Shown: positions 1 through 9,632, counted from the stretch's first letter. The stretch: 64,000 nt of DNA from an uncultured Verrucomicrobiae bacterium (GCA_963718565.1 OY970364.1:320001-384000), one strand, 5' to 3'. Notes: generated from the sequence alone by a model not told the origin. A program made the numbers and translations.

Positions 1-374
1 TGAATCAGACTTTCGTGATAAATATGCTCATCTTTTTGAGAGGATTGCAGTTCCCCGTCGATAAACAGCATCTTTCCAAAAGGAACTGAGCGAATAATTA
101 CATAATCTTGAAAGGGGGTCTCTCCCATCGATAACAATTCATCAAACTGGAAAAAATGCAGCTCATTCAGATGCTGTTTCAGTGAATCCCTAAACCAGAA
201 TGTGTGCGAGTCTTTTTCCAGAGTAGATAGCTGATCCTCCTCGATAGGGATAAACTCAATTCCTTCTTCCTCTGAGATTAGTCTCGAATAATAAAAAGGC
301 GTACTCAGTAACGGACTCATCGATAAAAAAAGCAGCATTGTCATGATCGTTTTCGGGTGAAATAATGATACCAT
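1..374 (-). CDS. speE: Spermidine synthase (polyamine aminopropyltransferase), 5' part only; runs off the window edge
   Basis: Not in the ORF track. Manual translation from ATG 374: MVSLFHPKTIMTMLLFLSMSPLLSTPF...GETPFQDYVIIRSVPFGKMLFIDGELQSSQKDEHIYHESLI. T-P-F-Q, FGKxLFIDGxxQ and DExIYHE are spermidine synthase N-terminal motifs. Confidence 0.85.
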   Translation of the reverse strand, partial: MVSLFHPKTIMTMLLFLSMSPLLSTPFYYSRLISEEEGIEFIPIEEDQLSTLEKDSHTFWFRDSLKQHLNELHFFQFDELLSMGETPFQDYVIIRSVPFGKMLFIDGELQSSQKDEHIYHESLI

Positions 375-391
375 ATCGTACTCCAGTTGTA

Positions 392-504
392 GAGGGAATT
401 GCAAAACTAACAAAACGGGGTGATTTTCTGGGGGAAATTATTTAGCTAATCAGCTTAATCTCCCCCAGGAAATCACCCCGTTTTGTCAATCTCGCAATTC
501 GCTC
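392..504. repeat. Long imperfect palindrome; left end of the GAGGGAATTGC MITE family
   Basis: GAGGGAATTGCAAAACTAACAAAACGGGGTGATTTTCTGGGGGA folds back on TCCCCCAGGAAATCACCCCGTTTTGTCAATCTCGCAATTCGCTC. The first ~63 bp recur at 9338. Confidence 0.85.
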
Positions 505-594
505 GAAAAATGGCTGCGATTCTGCCTCCATTTACCAATGCAAAAACCCTTATGGCTGATATGATATCTTCTTGCAAAACAAACCACATCAGCC

Positions 595-676
595 AAAGGA
601 ACAACCCAAATGAGTCAATTGACAGCCACGTTATCACAGTATTGAAGCAAAATTCAAGAAACACTTTTTCCTCAGC
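595..676. repeat. 82-bp dispersed repeat; inverted copy at 24257-24338
   Basis: AAAGGAACAACCCAAATGAGTCAATTGAC...AACACTTTTTCCTCAGC matches the reverse complement of 24257-24338 with a few substitutions. Confidence 0.85.
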
Positions 677-767
677 TGGAAGAACAGCTTGATCCGTTGA
701 TGTATAATGGTCCCCAAAATTTAGACCACTGTCTAAGCTAATATCCTCCCAATGCGAGGAGGCCAAA

Positions 768-1058
768 ATGGCCAAAACAAAAAAACAATATTCACCGGAG
801 TTCAAGCTCAAAGTAGTACTAGAAGTGCTCAAGGGTGAGAAGACAGCAACCCAACTCGCTGGCGAGTTGGGGGTACATCCCGTAGTTCTGTCGGAATGGA
901 AAAAACAATTTATTGAGGCAGGACCTCAGATTTTTGTAAAGACCAGGAGGTCTAGGGATACAGCAGAGGGCAAAGAAAAGGCCGAACTGTTCGAACAGAT
1001 TGGAAGACTCAAGATGGAGAACGAGTGGCTTAAAAAAAAATTGGGGGCTTTGACCTGA
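768..1058 (+). CDS. IS3-family transposase OrfA (HTH)
   Basis: YSPEFKLKVVLEVLKG...LFEQIGRLKMENEWLKKK. A9 slippery run at 1032-1040. Confidence 0.92.
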   Translation: MAKTKKQYSPEFKLKVVLEVLKGEKTATQLAGELGVHPVVLSEWKKQFIEAGPQIFVKTRRSRDTAEGKEKAELFEQIGRLKMENEWLKKKLGALT

Positions 1059-1144
1059 ATGAAAAACGGGCACTCATTGAACCTCACGATATCAAATTTT
1101 CCCAAAGAGCACAGTGTAAGCTCCTCGGAGTATGTCGATCTGGA

Positions 1145-1879
1145 TTGTACTACGAGCCACAGCAGCCTGGTGAAGAAGACTTGCGACTCATGTGCGCAAT
1201 CGACAAACAGTACCTCGAAACCCCCTATTATGGGAGGCGTCGAATGACAGTGGCAATGAGAAAACTAGGATTTGTCGTGGGACAGAAAAAAGTGCGAACA
1301 GCGATGCAGGTGATGGGGATAGAGGCGATCTATCCAAAGCCGAACCTGAGCGCTGGGAATAAACAGCATAAAAAGTTCCCGTATTTACTGAGGGGCCTAA
1401 TTGTTGATCGTTCCGATCAAGCTTGGGCAGCTGACATCACTTACATTCCATTAACAAAAGGATTCGGATATCTGTTTGCAATCATAGACTGGTATAGTCG
1501 GTACGTGATTGAGTGGGAGCTCTCAAATCTGCTTGATACAGAATTTTGCATGGAGGCATTGCAAAGGAGTCTTTGGCAAAAAAGACCTGAGATATTTAAT
1601 ACTGATCAAGGTGTGCAGTTTACGAGTAGTCAATTCACCGGGAAACTTGAAGAGAATGGGATTAAAATCAGTATGGACGGGAAGGGTCGAGCTCTTGATA
1701 ACGTGTTTATTGAGAGGCTGTGGAGAAGCGTGAAGTATGAAGAAATTTACCCGAAAGGATACGAGAGCATGAAAGAGGTTCGATCGGGGCTGAAAAAGTA
1801 CTTTGAGTTTTACAACAACAAGCGACCCCATCAGGGTCTCGATTATCGAACCCCAGCAGAGGTGTATTATGGGACATAA
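1145..1879 (+). CDS. IS3-family transposase OrfB (integrase/DDE core), joined to OrfA by a -1 shift
   Basis: WAADITYI, IIDWYSR, NTDQGVQF, GRALDNVFIERLWRSVKYE. The -1 frame is open back to the A9 run (LNEKRALIEP...QCKLLGVCRSGLYY). Confidence 0.93.
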   Translation: MYYEPQQPGEEDLRLMCAIDKQYLETPYYGRRRMTVAMRKLGFVVGQKKVRTAMQVMGIEAIYPKPNLSAGNKQHKKFPYLLRGLIVDRSDQAWAADITYIPLTKGFGYLFAIIDWYSRYVIEWELSNLLDTEFCMEALQRSLWQKRPEIFNTDQGVQFTSSQFTGKLEENGIKISMDGKGRALDNVFIERLWRSVKYEEIYPKGYESMKEVRSGLKKYFEFYNNKRPHQGLDYRTPAEVYYGT

Positions 1880-2111
1880 GAAAAAGAAAGGGGCTTTGCC
1901 CCTTGAACCCCAGCAAAGGGCTGACTGCCCTTTGCAAACCCGTGGGCTTTTGTATAGGGCCCTGGGAGTTAGATTAAACAACAGAGGAGATTAGCTTAGA
2001 TTTCTCGATTTTTGGTCTAGACAAAAGGAACCACTTTAATGGAAAAGCAGCAGCAGCTTGTTACAACTTTAGAATTAGTGCGCATTGAACAATGCGGATC
2101 AGCTGATGAAC

Positions 2112-2394
2112 GTACGTCCTCAAAAACCTATGACATTCAGTGCTTGCCATAGGTCTCCGAGGAAGTATGAATTGAGCGGCTTGTAAAGTCAGAACAAAAC
2201 GCCCAGACCCATTAATAAAACTTTACAGCCTCTCCGGCCACACCTTGACTGGTAGCACGTACATTAACTTCCTTGAAGACTCTGGCAAAAGTTGAAGACC
2301 ATTTCGATCCGTGCCCAATCAAGATCGATAAGTGGTAAGTTTGGCATGGATCAAAATGGTCTTCAACTTTTGCCATGAGTTTTTAAGGACGTAC
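2112..2394. mobile_element. Miniature non-coding derivative of the IS66-family element at 42454-45396
   Basis: Ends GTACGTCCTCAAAAACC / GAGTTTTTAAGGACGTAC. The interior joins both sub-terminal regions of the large element with the transposase deleted. The last 16 bp are tandemly duplicated (2395-2410). Confidence 0.8.
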
Positions 2395-2410
2395 GTTTTT
2401 AAGGACGTAC

Positions 2411-2449
2411 GAAAAAATGTCCTTTTCGCGTTAGTTTTGTAATTCCCTC
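2411..2449. repeat. Right end of the GAGGGAATTGC MITE family
   Basis: GAAAAAATGTCCTTTTCGCGTTAGTTTTGTAATTCCCTC is nearly identical to 9561-9599. Confidence 0.85.
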
Positions 2450-2584
2450 AATAATACTATCTTTTTAATAATGAACTGTTTATACGATGTAATTTAAAAT
2501 AATTATATTGTATTTACGTAATTATAGATTTAATATATAATATGTATTATATTTTTAAATATTATTAAAACCTAATTACAGCCT

Positions 2585-2702
2585 ATGACCATTAATATTT
2601 CTGAATTGTCTGCTCCTTACTATTTTCCATCTTGGAGAAGATCTCCAGGTCAATGGATATCTCAACAGTATGAAGAGGATTCTCATAAAGTCCAGACACT
2701 GC
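2585..2702 (+). pseudogene. Original 5' end (39 codons) of the 3996-6524 gene, cut off by ISAs1
   Basis: ATG 2585 reads MTINISELSAPYYFPSWRRSPGQWISQQYEEDSHKVQTL. Removing the IS and one TSD copy joins it in frame to LGDFVKNK. An AT-rich promoter region lies upstream. Confidence 0.85.
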
Positions 2703-4004
2703 CAGGGCCATTTAACTAAAAATTTTTGATACCAGATCAGCTAAGATGGCATAATAAATTCCTCAAATTTGGAGGACCTATTATGTCACGCCGTAAGCCA
2801 ATCGACGCCACAATCCTAGAAGCTAGTAAGAATTTTGATGCCCGTGTATTCGCGGAAACCGTCAAGGGAGAGTTTGCAGATTTCCCTGATTATCGACGTA
2901 ATCAAAAACGTGTCTTATATCCAGTTTGGTATTTGACTCTTGTTATTCTCTGCGGATTCTTTTGTGGATGCAATACGATTGAGGAAATCGCTGAATATGT
3001 TTCTCTGCAGGAGGAGTGGTTTTCTTCTCTGCTAGGTGAGGAGCTCTCAGCACCTTCCCATGGAGCGCTCTGGTGGTTTTTAGTGAAAACACCCCCTGGT
3101 GCGCTCAAGCACTACTTGCAAAAATGGTTCAGCAAAATTCCTGCTTCATTGCGCGATCAGCTATTGGCGATCGATGGTAAACGGATGAAAGGCGCAAATT
3201 TCCTAGGCGGTGTCACACACGTAGTGGAGCTATTCGCAGCGGAGGATCGATTATGTCTTGCCGTGGAAAAGGTCCCAAATAAAACAGTCGAAAAGAGCAC
3301 GTTACCAATCATTTTGGAGCAAGTGAATGTAGAGGGGGCGATTATTTCAGGAGATGCACATTTCACCGTAGCCGAATCGGCAGAACAAATCGTTGATGCG
3401 AAGGCAGATTATCTGCTGGCTGTTAAGGACAACCAGCCAACGCTGTGCGCTGAAATGGAGAATTTTTTTGATCAAGCTCACGCAGTCGAATGGGAGGAAG
3501 TCCCCCATTCGTTTCACCAGGAAGTAGATAAAGGCCATGGTCGAATCGACATTCGAGAAGTACGAGTCGTCGAGGACCTGGACTGGTTGCCAAATGCGGG
3601 CAAATGGAAAAACTTAGTCTGTCTCATCGAAGTAAGGTCCACGAGGCAAAAACTTGGATCTACTGCCAATGAGGTATTTAGACGGCTATATATTTCGAGT
3701 CGTCGAGCATCTGCCAAAGATTTTGCTAAATGGACCCGACGAGCACTGGAGCATAGAAAACAAATGCCATTGGGTAGCTGATGTGATTTTTGAAGAGGAT
3801 TATGCATTGACGGATAGAGGGAATAGTGCGGAGAACATGGGGTTGTTTCGACGTTTGGCTATGAACATGGCTGCAGTTGTAGATCCAGAAAGGGGGCTCG
3901 CCTCCGTAAGGCGCGCAGCAACTTTCGGTGGTGGGTACTTAAAGGGAATTTTGGCAACATTTTTCTGTTCGAAAATGTCAAAACATTTTAGTTAAATGGC
4001 CCTG
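2703..4004 (+). mobile_element. ISAs1-family insertion sequence, copy 1 (1302 bp)
   Basis: Perfect 19-bp IRs CAGGGCCATTTAACTAAAA. 10-bp TSD CAGACACTGC (2693-2702, 4005-4014). Confidence 0.95.
2783..3995 (+). pseudogene. ISAs1 (H-repeat) transposase with a frameshift near 3735-3741
   Basis: Motifs LAIDGK, ISGDAHF, YLLAVKDNQ, KGHGRIDIR. The conserved HWSIENxxHW lies in another frame. GGAGG RBS before ATG 2783. Confidence 0.85.
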
Positions 4005-6524
4005 CAGACACTGCTTGGTGATTTTGTAAAAAACAAGGTTCCTAAAATCAAAAAAGGGATTGATGAACTGGTTAGGACTCATCATATTACAAAAATCCAT
4101 GCCCCTTTCCTTTTATTAGATGTTTTTTTGCTCTATGTGGATGAGCACATCGAATTTTATCAGGATTTACAACCATCAAGAGATAAAGAAATAGATGAGG
4201 AATGGCAGCTCGTTAAATATCAAATCGCTAAGAATCGCCATAGTCTTTGGAACAGTAATTCCCTTCAACACACTCTTTTTTTCAAGCGCTTAGAAGGCAA
4301 GTTGTTAAAGGCGGATATTCTTCCCGTAGACTTTAGCAAGACAATTTCCTTATGGTTACAAGTCCTCGCTATAGCTAATGCAACGGATGTCATCTTAACT
4401 GCACTTTATATGAATCCCCCTCATTTTAAAAATGCACTTGATAGCTGTGTTAAATTGCCGCGCGCAGATATAGAACAATGCTTTTATTTAGTTCTGCAGC
4501 AGTTATCGAAAAACCTTTCTTGGGTCGGAAACAAAATCACATCTTTATTATTGCCATACATCCAAGAAAATGAGGTGATAAAGCTTTTCTCGTATTTGAC
4601 TGAAAAAGATGTAAATATAGTCAATGACACACTTACATTTTCAAAAATGCAAACAGCTTTTCAAGAGGTTTTACGATATGGCTCATCCTGCAATCTCTCT
4701 AACAAGGGGGCCATCGCTAGTCTTTACGAGCAAATAGGGAACATTGTGGAGTTGTGCGACCATTTTACGAACATTGTCGGTTTTGTTAAATACATAGAGG
4801 ATAGGGAAAAACAAGGGAAAACACTAGAGGCAATTAGTACCAAGCAAGGCGATACTGTTTACCTTTCACCAGCGCTTCAAAAACCCTTTGTCGATTTTGT
4901 TAAAAACTTTTATGATTGCCATCTGCTTGTCGATGCTTATATCACTCCCTATGTTGTTATCATTCACTATTTACTCCTGTCGCTGGGAAAGTCTAATGAA
5001 GCTTTTGAAAGTTACAAGAATACTGGAATACTTCCTCATCTAGCTGTGCAATGTACTCCTTTTTTACCAGACTTCCCTCAATACAACGAAGAAGTTGTCA
5101 AAGAATTAGAATTAGAGAGCTCTTCTTTTACCCCTAGAAATAAGAAAAAAACTCCTAAAAATCCTAAGCCTGAAAGACAGACTTTTCCTCCTGCGAAAAT
5201 CAATCCTAAACAGCAAAAACAACGACAAAAAACCAAAAAGGACTCTTTTCAGAAAGCAGTGACGCCCAAGGCGAGCCATATTAAGGATAAGACCATGACC
5301 ATGGCTCCTTTGATCTCCGATACAGATCCTTTTGCACCGTTGATGGGCAAACTATTTAAACTCTGCCTTACTTCCTCGAATCCTAATTTGAGGAACACCC
5401 TATGGCATTTAGATGCTCTAGCTTGTGTACAACGCTCTTTCAAAAACTATTCTCTTAAAGATGGATTAGCCCTTTTAGATGTTGTCGGCAATGCTGCTCA
5501 AAAATCTCTAGAGCAAGCTTATAGTTTTCATCTGAAATACCAAAATAGCGATTGGAAAGAGCACAGTTTAAAGGTTTGTCATCATGCTTTTGATCCCCTT
5601 TCTTCTTGCCCTGAGATTATGATTCAGCTCGATGCATTCAATCAATGGGCGCGCTACTTCTATATCAAACATGCCAATTGGAACTCTTCAACACAGAAAA
5701 GAACTGTACCTCCTCTTCTCAAGGATTTAGTGGACATGGCTGAAGGAGTAGAACGATCTAAAAACCTGTTGCAAACAGAGATTGATAATATCGCCAATAA
5801 AACACGTTCGCACCTGGAAGATCTATTTAAAAAAATCGATGTCCAAAGTCCAGAGACTGAAATTTCAAAGCAAGAGCCTCTTTTAGTCCATGAAGCCCCT
5901 ATTCATTTAGATGTATTGATCGACGTCAAGACGTTTGACAAGACCGAAAAACAACTGGCCTTACTTCTTTCTCAAAGCGCTCTTCATTCTCAACACCCCT
6001 CCTACTTGTATATGAAGCAGGCATTGGCTTCGTTGAAAATGCTAAAAACAAGTCTGCAGATGGTGAATACAGCACAACATACACGTCAATTATCAACATG
6101 GGTATCGTGGAGCGTCCAACAGTTGCAGGAAGTGATTGAGGATGCCTTCCATGCTATTGAATTTCTTCAAAACCATGAAATTAGCATCATCCATGAATTG
6201 AAAACATTATCATCCAAAGTTGGTTTAGAGATGGGAACTCTTGGGGAGGACTTTCATCAATTGTCCTATAAATCACGTTACCCTGCCGATAATCTTGGAG
6301 AAGGGATGGGATCATGGCTCGTTGACAATGCTGCAGCTGCAAGATTTTGCCCCGACCTCATTAATAAATATACCATCTCAAAATCTCAAAAGGCCATTCT
6401 ATGGAAGGCGCCAAGCGAAGAGATTTCTCCAGACAAAATCGTTATCAACCTGGATCGTTTTGCCAAACGGAGCGAGGAATTTTTACGTATCGACGTGCTT
6501 CCTGTACTAGCGAAGTTGCTTTAG
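3996..6524 (+). CDS. Large hypothetical protein, putative effector with two C-terminal HEPN-like repeats; start codon supplied by the IS end
   Basis: 842-codon ORF with a Lys-rich linker. Repeats AAQKSLEQAY..EHSL..WARYF and VQQLQEVIEDAF..IHEL..SRYP resemble the classical HEPN signature. Confidence 0.6.
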   Translation: MALQTLLGDFVKNKVPKIKKGIDELVRTHHITKIHAPFLLLDVFLLYVDEHIEFYQDLQPSRDKEIDEEWQLVKYQIAKNRHSLWNSNSLQHTLFFKRLEGKLLKADILPVDFSKTISLWLQVLAIANATDVILTALYMNPPHFKNALDSCVKLPRADIEQCFYLVLQQLSKNLSWVGNKITSLLLPYIQENEVIKLFSYLTEKDVNIVNDTLTFSKMQTAFQEVLRYGSSCNLSNKGAIASLYEQIGNIVELCDHFTNIVGFVKYIEDREKQGKTLEAISTKQGDTVYLSPALQKPFVDFVKNFYDCHLLVDAYITPYVVIIHYLLLSLGKSNEAFESYKNTGILPHLAVQCTPFLPDFPQYNEEVVKELELESSSFTPRNKKKTPKNPKPERQTFPPAKINPKQQKQRQKTKKDSFQKAVTPKASHIKDKTMTMAPLISDTDPFAPLMGKLFKLCLTSSNPNLRNTLWHLDALACVQRSFKNYSLKDGLALLDVVGNAAQKSLEQAYSFHLKYQNSDWKEHSLKVCHHAFDPLSSCPEIMIQLDAFNQWARYFYIKHANWNSSTQKRTVPPLLKDLVDMAEGVERSKNLLQTEIDNIANKTRSHLEDLFKKIDVQSPETEISKQEPLLVHEAPIHLDVLIDVKTFDKTEKQLALLLSQSALHSQHPSYLYMKQALASLKMLKTSLQMVNTAQHTRQLSTWVSWSVQQLQEVIEDAFHAIEFLQNHEISIIHELKTLSSKVGLEMGTLGEDFHQLSYKSRYPADNLGEGMGSWLVDNAAAARFCPDLINKYTISKSQKAILWKAPSEEISPDKIVINLDRFAKRSEEFLRIDVLPVLAKLL

Positions 6525-6609
6525 AGGGAATGCAATTCCCTCTCTAAGAATGTTCTCCAATAGTAAGCCAAGACCAGCTATACTGCACCCAGCCAGGTTG
6601 GGTGAGTTT

Positions 6610-7551
6610 ATGGGCAAAAATATCGTCTTATCCATTCAGAATTTGAAGAAGGTTTATCCCGGAAAAATTCCTTATATTGCAGTAGGGGGGATTTCCTTTG
6701 AACTTAAAGAAGGGGAAATTTTGGGGATGCTGGGCTCGAATGGAGCGGGCAAGACAACTACGATACAAATGTTGCTGAGCACGCTCAAAGCGACATCCGG
6801 TTCGATTCACTATTTCGGAAAAGATTTTTTTACGCACCGCTCTGAAATTTTAAAGCATGTCGCCTTTGCCAGCACGTATGTCAGCTTGCCTTGGATGCTG
6901 ACCGTGGATCAAAATTTAGAAGTGTTTAGCAGATTATACGGGCTGTCATCAGCAGAGCGCAAAGAACGGATCGAGCCCTTGCTAGAGCGGTTTGGAATTG
7001 CAGGTAAACGTAGATCTTTTGTCTCTCAGCTATCAGCCGGTCAAATCACTCGCCTCATGCTCGTCAAAGCCTTTATGATCCGTCCCAAAATCGCGCTTCT
7101 TGATGAGCCGACCGCATCACTAGATCCAGACATCGCACAGGACGTTATCGAATTTGTCCTGGAACAAAGAAAGAAGTTCGGCACATCGATTTTATATACT
7201 TCTCATAATATGGCGGAGGTCGGTGAGGTTTGCGATCGCGTGTTGTTCCTGCAGCAAGGGAAGATCGTCGCCGATGATCTCCCACAAAATCTTGCGAAAA
7301 GCGTTGCTGTTTCGCGCATTCAGCTTCAAGTTGGAGATGGTATGAAGCGCACTGTAGCTGTTGCAGACAGGCTAAAGATGCGTTATAAAGTTGAACACCG
7401 CACGATCGAGCTTGAGCTGGATGAAAGTCAGATTGCAAGTCTTCTTTCTGCCCTGGCAGAAGCTGGGGTAATCTACACGAATATTAATATTTTACAACCT
7501 AATTTAGAAGATTACTTCTTGCATATGGTCAAGAAAGGAGGCCAAAAATGA
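6610..7551 (+). CDS. ABC-2 type exporter, ATP-binding subunit
   Basis: Walker A GSNGAGKTT, signature LSAGQ, Walker B LLDEPT, H-loop TSHNM. Start taken at MGKNIVL. Confidence 0.92.
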   Translation: MGKNIVLSIQNLKKVYPGKIPYIAVGGISFELKEGEILGMLGSNGAGKTTTIQMLLSTLKATSGSIHYFGKDFFTHRSEILKHVAFASTYVSLPWMLTVDQNLEVFSRLYGLSSAERKERIEPLLERFGIAGKRRSFVSQLSAGQITRLMLVKAFMIRPKIALLDEPTASLDPDIAQDVIEFVLEQRKKFGTSILYTSHNMAEVGEVCDRVLFLQQGKIVADDLPQNLAKSVAVSRIQLQVGDGMKRTVAVADRLKMRYKVEHRTIELELDESQIASLLSALAEAGVIYTNINILQPNLEDYFLHMVKKGGQK

Positions 7552-8330
7552 GCTGGCATCGCATTTGGGCAGTTTATTTACGCTACTTTTATTTTTTTGC
7601 CAAAATGGACCATTTGGCAGATCTTTTCTTCTGGCCTGCACTCGATATCTTCTTGTGGGGGATGACAAGCGTTTGGATTCAACGCTATGATGCGACGATG
7701 CCAACGATTGCGATTGCCATTCTAACAGGACTCGTTTTTTGGCAGATCATCTGGCGTTGCAATTACGAGGTTTCCGTCAATCTACTTCAAGAATTTTGGA
7801 ATCGGAACATGGTTAACCTCTTTTCAACGCCACTTAAAATTGTAGAGTGGATTTCTGCGTTAATGCTTGTCGGAATATGCAAAATATTCGTGACGATCTG
7901 TTTTGGCGGACTGACCGTCTGGCTACTGTACGCTTTGAATATTTTTTCTATGGGATGGGCACTTTTGCCATTTTGTGCTTCTTTAGTTCTATCAGGATGG
8001 CTCATTGGGTTTTTAAGCGCGGCGATCATCGTCTATTTCGGACAACGCGTGCAAATGCTAGCGTGGATGACAGCCTATATTTTTGCGCCTTTTAGCGCAG
8101 TATTTTATCCTCTTTCGGCCCTTCCTGTTTGGGGACAAGTGATTGCCAAAATGCTGCCAATGACATACATTTTTGAGGGGATGAGAAAAGTCCTCAATGA
8201 AGGAATCTTTTCTTGGGGGGATTTTGGGATGAGCGTTTTGCTTGGCATCCTGTATCTTATCGGAACAGTAGTCCTATTCTATAAGCTCTTTGAAAAGAGC
8301 CGTGCGAAAGGACTTGCACGGCTTGAGTGA
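7548..8330 (+). CDS. ABC-2 type exporter, permease subunit
   Basis: About 6 TM helices and the FYPLSALPxW motif. ATGA overlap with the ATPase gene. Confidence 0.9.
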   Translation: MSWHRIWAVYLRYFYFFAKMDHLADLFFWPALDIFLWGMTSVWIQRYDATMPTIAIAILTGLVFWQIIWRCNYEVSVNLLQEFWNRNMVNLFSTPLKIVEWISALMLVGICKIFVTICFGGLTVWLLYALNIFSMGWALLPFCASLVLSGWLIGFLSAAIIVYFGQRVQMLAWMTAYIFAPFSAVFYPLSALPVWGQVIAKMLPMTYIFEGMRKVLNEGIFSWGDFGMSVLLGILYLIGTVVLFYKLFEKSRAKGLARLE

Positions 8331-8337
8331 GACATCT

Positions 8338-8805
8338 TTACACGCGGATCGAAACTCCTTCATTATTTGTCCCAAGCGCTAGTCCTGTTGCAATGGCTGA
8401 AGAGCAAAGGCAACCGCCCAAAGTAAGAAGTGCAGCCACAGTGACGCCAATGGAAGTAACAGTTAAAGTCACACCCGACATCAGGGTCATCGGAAAGCCA
8501 GCGGCGGTAGTTATTAACACACCGGCGGCAATTCCACCCATTACCGCTAAAGCGGATTTCGCTACCCTAAAGATAAGATCATCCGGGCAACAGCTGACTT
8601 TTTCACAAATCCAATGAATGAGTCGATTGCTAAGCCAATCGCTCACACCGAAAATCGCCCCTCCTAAGGGGCTAATTGTCGTAAAGAGTCCTGCGGCAAT
8701 TGCGCTACCAGCGCCCATCAAAGCAGCTCCGAATGCGAGTTGCGCTGGAGAATATCGTTGTTCAAATAGGTAGTTTCCAAGTTGTGATATTGCTGGTTGT
8801 GTCAT
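8338..8805 (-). CDS. Hypothetical membrane protein, Inc-like (long Gly/Ala-rich hydrophobic hairpins)
   Basis: 155 aa with GGAGGG RBS. Two long hydrophobic segments and no signal peptide. Confidence 0.6.
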   Translation of the reverse strand: MTQPAISQLGNYLFEQRYSPAQLAFGAALMGAGSAIAAGLFTTISPLGGAIFGVSDWLSNRLIHWICEKVSCCPDDLIFRVAKSALAVMGGIAAGVLITTAAGFPMTLMSGVTLTVTSIGVTVAALLTLGGCLCSSAIATGLALGTNNEGVSIRV

Positions 8806-8892
8806 ACCATCCCCTCCCGTAAGTGGTGCATTTGTAAAGAACTAATAAATTCTCGAAGTATAGGAGGAGAGAATGGTTTAAAGCAAGAAATA

Positions 8893-9276
8893 GAGGGAAT
8901 TGCACAGGGTATAGGAAATTAAGAAGAATTTTTTAAACTTAGTAAAGGTTTTTAAAGTGTCTCTTTTTCACATGTCGGGGACAAAGCACTGCGTGTCCTT
9001 TATCCCCTGCTGGCCCCCTTGGGACTCATCTCGCTTTGCCAAATCGCGTGCTCGTCGGGGGGCCGTGCAAAGCACTGATCCCCCCATGCAAAGCGTAGAG
9101 GGCAGACAATTTCGAGACGGCCTATTGACGCTCAAGCAGACATGCGCCAGACTTGGCGTGAGCTTTTGGGAGTATTTGAGTCGGTGGTTTCGAGGGGATC
9201 CGATCGATTTAGCACAATTTGTTCATGAGCGTTATCAAACAGCCTCTCCGGCCACACCTTGACTGGTAGCACGTAC
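8893..9276 (+). mobile_element. Chimeric remnant: GAGGGAATTGC stub + left arm of ISAs1-type MITE + 3' end of IS66-family element
   Basis: 8905-9202 is nearly identical to 26264-26561. It then continues as the IS66 3' sequence (reverse complement of 42586-42660) to the terminal GTAC. Confidence 0.82.
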
Positions 9277-9337
9277 GCTTTTTTTGACTCTTTTAAAGAG
9301 TGTGCATATCAACTATCAATCGGAGAGTATAATCAAT

Positions 9338-9599
9338 GAGGGAATTGCAAAACTAACAAAACGTGGTGATTTTCTGGGGGAAATTATTTAGCTAATCAGC
9401 CAAAGGAACAACTCAAGCGACTTGACACTCTACAGAAACCAACTCGAATCCTCATGCCCACAACTTGTAAATTTTCGAGAGTTTTTTATATAAAATTACA
9501 AAGCTGACGCGAAAAGGATGGTTTTTCGGGTCTGAAACAGGTTTTAGCAAATAAGACCCCGAAAAAATGTCCTTTTCGCGTTAGTTTTGCAATTCCCTC
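9338..9599. mobile_element. MITE (262 bp) with GAGGGAATTGCAAAACTAAC terminal IRs
   Basis: 20-bp perfect terminal IRs, non-coding. The ends recur at 392, 2449, 6524, 8893, 38673 and 41110. Confidence 0.85.
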
Positions 9600-9632
9600 C
9601 AACATCAACCGAAGGAGAGTATATAATTCAGG

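Larger units (their letters stand above)
703..2038 (+). mobile_element. IS3-family insertion sequence, type a (1336 bp)
   Basis: Imperfect IRs TATAATGGTCCCCAAAATTTAGACCA / TGGTCTAGACAAAAGGAACCACTTTA. 3-bp target duplication ATG (700-702, 2039-2041). orfA plus orfB. Confidence 0.92.

Noticed and set aside
8957..9262. 101-aa protein
   Set aside because: Chance fusion of MITE arm sequence to an IS66 C-terminal fragment.
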